Shown: positions 25,386 to 32,000 of the stretch, in pieces | Numbering within the stretch: the first letter of the stretch is position 1 | Layout: every line of letters begins with the position of its first letter | Assembly: GCF_019457615.1 (NCBI RefSeq) | Contig: NZ_CP080414.1 | Span: forward strand, 3,632,237-3,664,236 | Source of the DNA: Shewanella zhangzhouensis | GTDB taxonomy: Bacteria; Pseudomonadota; Gammaproteobacteria; Enterobacterales; Shewanellaceae | Direction: 5' to 3' | DNA: 32,000 nucleotides | Translations under genes and position numbers: made by a program | The notes under the pieces: generated by a model | Told to the model about the DNA's origin: nothing | The model's input: the letters and a program-made list of their open reading frames with translations, nothing else | The model's database searches: none

Positions 25386-26132
25386 ATGCACAAACGTCTG
25401 ACGCTGGCAGCCACCCTGGCCGCCCTGCCATTTTGCGGCTTTGCCGCCGATTTTGTCGAAGGCAAACACTATGTCCAGGTCTCTGACCAGGCCCCCAGCA
25501 AGTCCCCAAAGGTGACCGAGTTTTTCTCTTTCTACTGCCATAACTGCTTCAATATGGAAGTCATGTACCTGCCGGCCATCAAGCAAGGGCTGAAGGACGG
25601 TATCAGCTTTGACACCAAGCACGTGGACTTTATGAACAGCGACATTGGCACCGAAGTAATGCGCGCGCTGGCCGTTATCCACGGCAGTGACAAACAAGGC
25701 GAGCTGACCCATGCCATGTTCGCCGCCATTCAGGGCGCCGAGGGTGGTCAGGGCCACCACGACCACAGCGCTCCCGGCCATTCCCACGAGCCTGAAATCA
25801 GCAGCCGCGACGACATCAAAGCCGTGTTCGCCAAGTTTGGCATCGACGGTGCGGCCTACGACAAACTGGCCGACAGCAAGGAAACCGATGCCAAGCTGGC
25901 GCTGTGGCGTGAGCAGCAGCAAGCCTTTGAAGTGCAGTCGGTCCCAAGCTTTGTGGTAAACGATAAGTATCGGGTGAACCTGCAGGAAATCCGTACCCTG
26001 GAAGAACTCAGCGCCCTGATTAATTATCTGGCCACCGAAAAAGATGCCGCCGAAGACAAGGGTGGCAGCCTGGGTTGGGCGGTTCTTGCCATGTTGGCCC
26101 TGGCCGCCATCGGCCGCAGACGCCTGGTGTAA
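25386..26132 (+). CDS. DsbA-family thiol:disulfide oxidoreductase with His-rich insert and GlyGly-CTERM-like sorting tail
   Basis: Signal peptide, active site FYCHNCF (CxxC) and cis-Pro loop VPSFVV. It carries an insert GGQGHHDHSAPGHSHEPE. The C-terminus GGSLGWAVLAMLALAAIGRRRLV has the layout GG, then a TM helix, then basic residues. Confidence 0.8.
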   Translation: MHKRLTLAATLAALPFCGFAADFVEGKHYVQVSDQAPSKSPKVTEFFSFYCHNCFNMEVMYLPAIKQGLKDGISFDTKHVDFMNSDIGTEVMRALAVIHGSDKQGELTHAMFAAIQGAEGGQGHHDHSAPGHSHEPEISSRDDIKAVFAKFGIDGAAYDKLADSKETDAKLALWREQQQAFEVQSVPSFVVNDKYRVNLQEIRTLEELSALINYLATEKDAAEDKGGSLGWAVLAMLALAAIGRRRLV

Positions 26133-26206
26133 CTTGGTTCACAGCGCCGAATTAAGCTCAGGCGCTGACGCTCCAGCCAAGCCTTGAGCCCGGGTCCCGG
26201 CCAAAG

Positions 26207-26246
26207 CTGAACCTGAACCTGAACCTGAACCTGAACCTGAACCTGA
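26207..26246. repeat. hexanucleotide microsatellite (CTGAAC)x6 plus a partial unit
   Basis: Six perfect tandem CTGAAC units followed by CTGA, located between the dsbA-like stop and its terminator. Confidence 0.95.
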
Positions 26247-26266
26247 GCAAAGCCCGGACTGAACAG

Positions 26267-26293
26267 AGCCCCGCCCATGCGGGGCTTTTTATT
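26267..26293 (+). terminator. intrinsic terminator downstream of the dsbA-like gene
   Basis: AGCCCCGC-ccat-GCGGGGCT followed by TTTTATT. Confidence 0.8.
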
Positions 26294-26438
26294 GCCTCTG
26301 TTCCGGATAACCCCGTCTTGCCCAGCGCCTATTGGCCAGGATTGAGCCAGACTTTGGCATTCTGTGCCCCATTCATCTCCCCCTTTAACCGCCGCGTTAC
26401 AATTTATAAATAGAAGTAAAACCATCTAGACGTCTAAA

Positions 26439-26467
26439 TTGACAGATGGCTGGCTATCTCATATTCT
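26439..26467 (+). promoter_or_regulatory. sigma70-like promoter for nhaC
   Basis: TTGACA (26439-44), a 17-nt spacer and TATTCT (26462-67), about 108 nt upstream of the nhaC start. A 10-bp palindrome TAGACGTCTA abuts the -35. Confidence 0.45.
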
Positions 26468-26574
26468 TTCGCCTAAGTTGTCGGGAGATGAAGCCGTAAC
26501 GACACAAATATTCAGCGAAATCGCGGTGATGCAGGAAGAACCCGCCGTTTCGCCCCCGATAAAGAGAGATAACC

Positions 26575-27912
26575 TTGAATCAATCCCCAGACACTCAGGG
26601 CAATGCAAGTGCTGCTTCATTCGTTGCCCTGCTGCCACTGTTTCTGTTTTTGGCGCTCTTCATTGGCGCCGGTGTGTACTTCACCAGTCAGGGCGTGGAC
26701 TTTGCCTTCTATCAGTTGCCCAGTGTTGTGGCCATTCTGCCCGCCATAGTGCTGGCGTTGCTGCTGTCAAAGCAGAAGCTGAATCAGGCCATAGACACCT
26801 TTATCGGCGGTATTGGCCACAGCAACATCATTGCCATGTGCTTGATTTACTTGCTGGCTGGCGCCTTCGCCTCGGTGGCCAAGGCCACAGGTGGCGTGGA
26901 TGCCACAGTATCCCTCGGCCTGTCACTCATTCCCTCTGATTTGCTGCTGCCGGGCTTTTTCGTGATTGCAGCCTTTATTGCCACCGCCATGGGCACCTCC
27001 ATGGGCACCATAGCTGCGGTCGCGCCCATTGCTCTGGGTGTTTCCCAGGAAGCCGATATTTCGCTGCCACTGATGGCCGGTGCCATCATTTCCGGCGCCC
27101 TCTTCGGTGACAACCTGTCTATCATTTCCGACACCACCATTGCCGCTACCCGCACCCAGGGCTGCAACATGAAAGACAAGTTCCGTGAGAACCTGATTTT
27201 TGCGCTGCCTGCGTCACTCATCACCCTGCTGGCCTTTACCCTGGCCGGTCAGGGCGAAGCCAATGTGGCGCCTCAGTCGGTGGACATCGTCAAGGTGCTG
27301 CCTTATCTGTGCATCCTGTTTTTGGCGGTTGCCGGGCTGAACGTGTTTGTGGTGCTGGGTATTGGCATTCTGCTGGCCGGTTTGGTGGGCATGTTCACCA
27401 CCGACTACAGCTGGGTCAGCTTCAGCAAAGATATTTACGCCGGTTTTGGCAACATGCAGGAAATCTTTATCCTGTCGATGTTGGTGGGTGGCCTGGCTGC
27501 GCTGATGCAGCAGCAGGGTGGCCTTGCCTTTGTCAGCCGCTTTATCGAAGGACTGATTGCCCGTTTCTCCAAGGCGAAGGGCGAAGCTTCCTGCCGCGCC
27601 GCCGAATTGGGTATGGCAGGCATAGTGTCCCTGACCAATGCCTGCGTGGCCAACAACACAGTATCCATTGTGATAAGCGGTGATATCGCCCGGGATCTCG
27701 CCCAGAAGCATGGCGTCAGCGCCAAGCGCAGTGCCAGCGTGCTCGATATTTTTTCCTGTATTGTTCAAGGACTTATACCGTACGGCGCCCAGGCACTTTT
27801 GATTGGAGCAACCTTTGCCATTACCCCCCTGGAGGCAGTATCCTATGCTTGGTACTGCATGATATTGGCGCTGGTAGCCGTTCTGATTGTGACGTTCAGA
27901 AAACGTCACTGA
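26575..27912 (+). CDS. nhaC: Na+/H+ antiporter NhaC family
   Basis: 445 aa with about 11-12 TM helices; length and hydrophobic pattern fit NhaC. TTG start, with no in-frame ATG nearby. Confidence 0.8.
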   Translation: MNQSPDTQGNASAASFVALLPLFLFLALFIGAGVYFTSQGVDFAFYQLPSVVAILPAIVLALLLSKQKLNQAIDTFIGGIGHSNIIAMCLIYLLAGAFASVAKATGGVDATVSLGLSLIPSDLLLPGFFVIAAFIATAMGTSMGTIAAVAPIALGVSQEADISLPLMAGAIISGALFGDNLSIISDTTIAATRTQGCNMKDKFRENLIFALPASLITLLAFTLAGQGEANVAPQSVDIVKVLPYLCILFLAVAGLNVFVVLGIGILLAGLVGMFTTDYSWVSFSKDIYAGFGNMQEIFILSMLVGGLAALMQQQGGLAFVSRFIEGLIARFSKAKGEASCRAAELGMAGIVSLTNACVANNTVSIVISGDIARDLAQKHGVSAKRSASVLDIFSCIVQGLIPYGAQALLIGATFAITPLEAVSYAWYCMILALVAVLIVTFRKRH

Positions 27913-27942
27913 GGAACCGGAGACTGCCACCCGGGAAAACCT

Positions 27943-28635
27943 ATGACAACCAAAGACAGAAACGACTATGGACAATTTGATCCCCACCGACTGGTGTTTC
28001 ATATGTCCATTGGCGGGGTGATGATTTGCGCCTTCGGTGCGGCCGTCTCCATTATGTCTGTGCTGGGAACCCTTGGGTGGCAGGTAATCAATCTGCGAAT
28101 CGATCGTCTGGGGGACTACCTGAGCTCCCCTCTGGCTTACGTCTACAACATCTGTCTGCTGTTTGCCGGTGCCAGTTTTATGATTGCCATGCTGGGCCTC
28201 TTCAGCATGCGCTATAACAATTTCAGCCGCTATATTGCCATCATCGGTGGCTGCACCGGCCTTGGCATCATGCTGCTGGGCATTTATCCCTATAACGACC
28301 CCGACTCCCACCGACTGGCGGCGCTGGTATTTGTGAATTCCAGTCTGGCCATGTTTGTGCTGCTGATATTTACCCGCCGCAATAATCAGGAACTGTGCAG
28401 CCTACCCATGTTCTTTGTGGCTCTGGTTGGACTGGCCTCGAGCATTGGTTTACTGGCTCAGATTGACCCTGACACCCTGGATTACCTGCCCTGCGGTCCG
28501 CTGGAACAATTCTGTCCGTTGGCCATGACCATGTGGATACACACTTCAGCCACCATGCTGGCCGGTGTCGGCCTGGCGCTGATGGCACGCTCCCTTATCC
28601 ATCAGGCGCTGGAAGAGCGCCGCCTCAAACCTTGA
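27943..28635 (+). CDS. integral membrane protein (DUF998-like, tentative)
   Basis: 230 aa with about 6 TM helices. The family assignment is from memory only. Confidence 0.55.
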   Translation: MTTKDRNDYGQFDPHRLVFHMSIGGVMICAFGAAVSIMSVLGTLGWQVINLRIDRLGDYLSSPLAYVYNICLLFAGASFMIAMLGLFSMRYNNFSRYIAIIGGCTGLGIMLLGIYPYNDPDSHRLAALVFVNSSLAMFVLLIFTRRNNQELCSLPMFFVALVGLASSIGLLAQIDPDTLDYLPCGPLEQFCPLAMTMWIHTSATMLAGVGLALMARSLIHQALEERRLKP

Positions 28636-29354
28636 GTGACAGCGCCTTAACCAAAGGCACTCGCCTGTGTAAATACCTCGCCGAGGCAGGCGTGGCCTCA
28701 CGGCGCGGCGCATCGCGCCTGATTGAAGCCGGCAGGGTCTGTATTGATGGGCAACAAGCCTCCCACAGCGACAGGGTACTTGGCGCAAGCCTGGTGACCC
28801 TCGATGGCGAGCCCCTGTGTCCCGCTCAGGCCAAGGCGTACTTCCTTTACCACAAACCCGTTGGCATCGACTGTCGCCTGCGCGCGGAAGATCCCCACAG
28901 CCTGATTCATCTGCTACCCGCCGGTTTGCGACTGTTCCCTGCCGGGCGACTGGATAAAGACTCCCGTGGCCTCCTGCTGCTGACCAATGACGGCGAGCTG
29001 ACACAGCGCCTGATGCACCCTGACTTTCACCATCAAAAAGGCTATCTGGTTACCCTGAATAAAGCGCCAGGCTCCGATGACATTGCGGCCATTGCGGCGG
29101 GTTTTGATTACGGTGAAGGCCCTACCCGCCCCTGCCGGATTGAACCCCAGGATGCTTTAAGCGTGAGGATGTGGCTCACCGAAGGCAAGAAGCGCCAAAT
29201 CCGGCGCCTGTGGAAGGCACGGGGCTACCTTGTGGTGGATTTACTGCGGGAGTCTATTCAAACCCTGACACTGGGCGAGCTTGGTGAAGGACAGATGAGA
29301 GCGCTCGATGAGACAGAGCGCCTCGCACTCCTGACTGCGCTGGGCCCGAAATGA
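28632..29354 (+). CDS. RsuA/RluF-family pseudouridine synthase with S4 domain
   Basis: S4-like N-terminus RLCKYLAEAGVASRRGASRLIEAGRVCIDG and catalytic motif GRLDKDSRGLLLLTNDG. The start is set at the in-frame TTG overlapping the upstream stop, because the ORF region upstream of it overlaps the preceding gene. Confidence 0.8.
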   Translation: MSDSALTKGTRLCKYLAEAGVASRRGASRLIEAGRVCIDGQQASHSDRVLGASLVTLDGEPLCPAQAKAYFLYHKPVGIDCRLRAEDPHSLIHLLPAGLRLFPAGRLDKDSRGLLLLTNDGELTQRLMHPDFHHQKGYLVTLNKAPGSDDIAAIAAGFDYGEGPTRPCRIEPQDALSVRMWLTEGKKRQIRRLWKARGYLVVDLLRESIQTLTLGELGEGQMRALDETERLALLTALGPK

Positions 29355-29418
29355 AGGCAACGCTGTACCGCGAATAATGACAGCGCTGGACGAAAGCTGA
29401 ATAAGGATGTTGCAGCAT

Positions 29419-29450
29419 AAAAAAACGGGGCCATCTGGCCCCGTTTGTAT
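29419..29450. terminator. bidirectional terminator between the pseudouridine synthase and the S46 peptidase (convergent)
   Basis: AAAAAAA-CGGGGCC-atct-GGCCCCG-TTTGTATT. Confidence 0.7.
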
Positions 29451-29464
29451 TCAGTCACAGACTG

Positions 29465-31621
29465 TTATTCAACGATTTCCATCTCGGCCAACAGGTTGTC
29501 TGCATTGTCGAGGTACTTCATCACCCACAGCATATAACGGCTGTCGACGTGGATGGAGCGGTTGATGTTGTCGTCGTAGTTCCAGTCACCGATGATGCTC
29601 TCGTACACGCCATCAAACAGCAGACCCACCAGTTCGGCGCGGCCGTTCAGGGTTGGCGAACCTGAGTTGCCACCTGTGGTGTCCACGGTGGACAGGAAGT
29701 TAACCGGTACAGAGTCGATGTCTTTCACGTAGAAATCACCGTACTGCTTGGCTTCAATCAGCTCCAGCTGCTTCTTGGGGGCATCGAACGGGTCAACGCC
29801 TGTGTCTTTCTGGGTGATACCTTCAAGACGGGTAAATGGCACGGCATAGAGGCCATCTTTTGGTGAGTAACCCTTCACGTTGCCGTAGGTCACACGCAGG
29901 CTTGAGTTGGCATCGGCATAAACCGGCTTACCCAGCTCGTTGTTGTAGGCGATGATGGCTTCCATATAGGCAGGACGCACCTTCATCAGCTCACCACCCA
30001 GCTCCTTCTGGGCCTTTTCACGGGCCATGGAGGTGTCGAAGGTGGCAACAGCCAGCTGAATGAATGGGTCTTTGCTGGCTTTGAAGTCATCAACTGACTT
30101 GTCCATCCAGGCCATACGCACGTCTTTGTTACCGATTTCGGTTTTGTCGTACATCTTGTCGAGCTGCTTCTTGAGCTTCTTCTCGTCAAACTTTTTGCCA
30201 ATACCGAAGAAGGCATCGATGTCGCCGCGGCGCTTGTCAGCAGGCAGGGCGGCGTAGCGCTTGAGCATCTCAAACAGCACAACCTTGTCGACACTGGCAT
30301 CGTAACGACGGTCAATACGCTCAAGACCGGCGGTAAAGCGGGTCATATCGCGGTCCTGGAAGCCTGGCTCACGCTCCATGTCCGGCAGCTGCTTTTCATG
30401 GGCCAGACGATACAGGCGCGCCGCAGTGCTCATAGGGGTGGAGTAACTCATGTAACCGAGGATCAGATCCAGCTCCTGGGTCTTGTTACCTTCGGTAACC
30501 AGACGCTCGAGGTCAGCCAGGGTTTGACCATACTTGGCCTGACGCTTGGCATCGGCCTTGATCCAGTTGGCAAGCTCAGCTTCACGAGCCTTGCGGTCTT
30601 CCAGCATGGTGGACTTACCGTAAAACTCGATCATGGAGGCGAAGTTTTTGGCGTAGTTGGCCAGGCTTGCCAGGGTGCTTTCGTACTTGATACGGGCATC
30701 GCTGCCTTCAGGCGCGCTGGTTTTGATGATGTCGATGATCTGTTCGCGCAGCTCGCGGCTGGCCGGGTAGTTCCAGGTGAACTGGTTTTCGACTTCAGAG
30801 GCGGTGCGGTAGCGGTTGGTGCGGCCCGGATAGCCGGTCACCATCACAAAATCGCCATCCTTCAGACCCTTGGCAGAGACTTTCAGGAAGCTCTTGGGCT
30901 CGTAAGGCACGTTGTCCTTGGAGAAATCGGCCGGCTTGCCATCTTTACCCACGTAGGCGCGGTAGAAAGAGTAGTCACCGGTATGACGTGGCCACATCCA
31001 GTTGTCGATATCACCGCCGTACTTACCCACGCTGCCTGCTGGGTTATGCACCAGACGCACGTCGCGGATTTCCATCTGCTTGATGAGGTAATACTCGAGA
31101 CCGCCGTGGAAGCTGTATACGTTACAGCGGTAGCCGTCTTCTTTTTCACACTCGGCAACCAGGGCTTTTTCTTTGGCTTCAACGCCCTTGTAGAAGGCAT
31201 CACCCTTGAGGGAATCAAGACCTTCGTTGATCTGTGCGGTCACATTGGTCACAGACTCGGTCACGTAAACACGTGAACCCGGGGCGGCAGGCAGCTCTTC
31301 ATCGAAGCTCTTGGCCAGGAAACCATCCGCCAGCAGATTCTTTTCGGCGGTGGAATTGTACTGGATAGAGCCATAGGCACAGTGATGGTTGGTGACCACC
31401 AAGCCTTTGGGAGAAACGAATGATGCGGTACAGCCGCCCAGGCTGATAACGGCATTCATCGGGAATTCGGTCAGTTTGGAGATGGACTCAGGGTCAATTT
31501 CCAATCCCTTGGCTTTCAACGTCTTGGCCAGTGCAGGAAGCTGATGTGGCTGCCACATACCTTCATCTGCCTGGGCACCGAAGGCGGCCGCGATGGCGGC
31601 AGTCAGTAACCATTTTTTCAT
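29465..31621 (-). CDS. S46-family dipeptidyl-peptidase (DPP7/DPP11-like), secreted
   Basis: Signal peptide MKKWLLTAAIAAAFGAQA followed by DEGMW. The catalytic His is in VVTNHHC and the Ser in TGGNSGSP. The start is at the internal ATG 31621, since the 20-aa extension is implausible. Confidence 0.9.
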   Translation of the reverse strand: MKKWLLTAAIAAAFGAQADEGMWQPHQLPALAKTLKAKGLEIDPESISKLTEFPMNAVISLGGCTASFVSPKGLVVTNHHCAYGSIQYNSTAEKNLLADGFLAKSFDEELPAAPGSRVYVTESVTNVTAQINEGLDSLKGDAFYKGVEAKEKALVAECEKEDGYRCNVYSFHGGLEYYLIKQMEIRDVRLVHNPAGSVGKYGGDIDNWMWPRHTGDYSFYRAYVGKDGKPADFSKDNVPYEPKSFLKVSAKGLKDGDFVMVTGYPGRTNRYRTASEVENQFTWNYPASRELREQIIDIIKTSAPEGSDARIKYESTLASLANYAKNFASMIEFYGKSTMLEDRKAREAELANWIKADAKRQAKYGQTLADLERLVTEGNKTQELDLILGYMSYSTPMSTAARLYRLAHEKQLPDMEREPGFQDRDMTRFTAGLERIDRRYDASVDKVVLFEMLKRYAALPADKRRGDIDAFFGIGKKFDEKKLKKQLDKMYDKTEIGNKDVRMAWMDKSVDDFKASKDPFIQLAVATFDTSMAREKAQKELGGELMKVRPAYMEAIIAYNNELGKPVYADANSSLRVTYGNVKGYSPKDGLYAVPFTRLEGITQKDTGVDPFDAPKKQLELIEAKQYGDFYVKDIDSVPVNFLSTVDTTGGNSGSPTLNGRAELVGLLFDGVYESIIGDWNYDDNINRSIHVDSRYMLWVMKYLDNADNLLAEMEIVE

Positions 31622-31737
31622 TGTGTTATTCCATTGTTTATTGTGATGATGTCGAGCGCATTGCCGTGCCCAATTAGCCATTTAATCGAGTCATTGATGT
31701 TTGGTTTAAAACATCAATCACCCCAAAAGGCGGATAC

Positions 31738-31763
31738 AAAAAAGCCGGGCGCGAAGACCCGAC
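31738..31763 (-). terminator. terminator of the partial gene at the window end
   Basis: The minus strand reads GTCGGG-tcttcgcg-CCCGGC-TTTTTTGT (one G-U pair). Confidence 0.5.
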
Positions 31764-31821
31764 TTTATCACAGGGTTACAAGCTGTCACAGCCTTGGCAA
31801 ACTTCCGTTACAAAAGGCTTT

Positions 31822-32000
31822 TTACAGTGCCACCCACAGCTGGGCAGCAATGATGGCTACCCCGGCAACACCAATCAGCGACAAGGCCAGCTTGCCGCCA
31901 CTTACCTGATAGCCATCCCGGTACTGGGCACGCTGATTCAGCGCCATGGCAATGGGCAGGAAAATTATCATAAACACCAGCGGAATGGCGGCAAAGCCCA
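31822..32000 (-). CDS. 3' end of a membrane protein gene (start outside the window)
   Basis: The minus-strand frame is open from the window edge to TAA at 31824-31822. It translates to ...GFAAIPLVFMIIFLPIAMALNQRAQYRDGYQVSGGKLALSLIGVAGVAIIAAQLWVAL, which is two hydrophobic helices. It is absent from the ORF track because it has no start codon in the window. Confidence 0.45.
   Translation of the reverse strand, partial: GFAAIPLVFMIIFLPIAMALNQRAQYRDGYQVSGGKLALSLIGVAGVAIIAAQLWVAL

Noticed and set aside
25359-25922. 187-aa ORF antisense to the dsbA-like gene
   Set aside because: The sense frame has a signal peptide, CxxC and a cis-Pro loop. The antisense frame has none.
26207-26246. Possibility that the tandem repeat is a CRISPR array
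   Set aside because: The units are 6 bp and contiguous with no spacers, so this is a microsatellite and not a CRISPR.
26024-26425. 133-aa minus-strand ORF containing QVQVQVQVQVQ
   Set aside because: It runs antisense across the dsbA 3' end, the microsatellite and the terminator hairpin. The repeat-encoded QV run is a by-product of the CTGAAC repeat.
26439-26939. 166-aa plus-strand ORF overlapping the nhaC start
   Set aside because: It begins at the predicted -35 box and runs out of frame through the first third of nhaC with a Cys/His/Arg-rich translation. The nhaC frame is strongly hydrophobic and helical.
27214-28311. 365-aa ORF on the minus strand
   Set aside because: It is entirely antisense to the nhaC 3' half and the DUF998-like gene. 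Its composition is biased (His/Gln/Gly/Ala-rich, with no motifs). Long antisense ORFs are typical of GC-rich coding DNA.
30398-31276. 292-aa ORF antisense to the S46 peptidase
   Set aside because: The opposite strand encodes clear S46 catalytic motifs, and the antisense translation is Gly/Val/Ala-rich without any motif.
31634-31909. 91-aa plus-strand ORF at the window end
   Set aside because: It spans the S46 promoter region and a terminator and runs antisense into the partial membrane-protein gene. A real gene here is unlikely.

Overview
Chromosomal window from a roughly 55-57% GC gammaproteobacterium. The gene content (a GlyGly-CTERM-tagged protein, an S46 dipeptidyl-peptidase, a DNA-J-related protein, LrgAB plus a LysR regulator) looks Shewanella-like, but this is inference only. 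I support about 30 protein genes, mostly housekeeping or envelope functions, listed in order. They are: a 5'-truncated Zn-phospholipase-C-like gene; an FAD oxidoreductase with a small wHTH gene; a YdbS/YdbT-type bPH2 membrane pair; DUF924; a periplasmic binding protein; an EamA transporter; lipoprotein aminopeptidase N; a lipoprotein GDPD phosphodiesterase; a purine-type phosphoribosyltransferase; Tat-exported PhoD; a CBS protein; LrgA/LrgB with a divergent LysR regulator; a beta-barrel OMP; a RES/Xre toxin-antitoxin pair; NfsB nitroreductase; a J-domain protein; a DsbA with a GlyGly-CTERM tail; an NhaC antiporter; a DUF998-like membrane protein; a pseudouridine synthase; an S46 peptidase; and a 3' gene fragment at the window end. 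I found no rRNA, tRNA, CRISPR array, transposase or integrase. The stand-out is an AT-rich island at about 11.5-15.9 kb, where sampled lines are about 30-43% GC against about 57% in flanking genes. All four of its genes lie on the minus strand. Three of them form a cassette I cannot assign to any described system: a proteasome-beta/HslV-like Ntn peptidase homologue, a 222-aa protein with no recognisable motif, and an HNH nuclease fused to a GPPNY...HTGHH C-terminal domain. The gaps between these genes carry GC-rich hairpins and a perfect 12-bp inverted repeat that brackets the middle gene. The fourth island gene is a lipoprotein beta-lactamase-family serine hydrolase. All product calls rest on motifs read by eye; no database search was possible.
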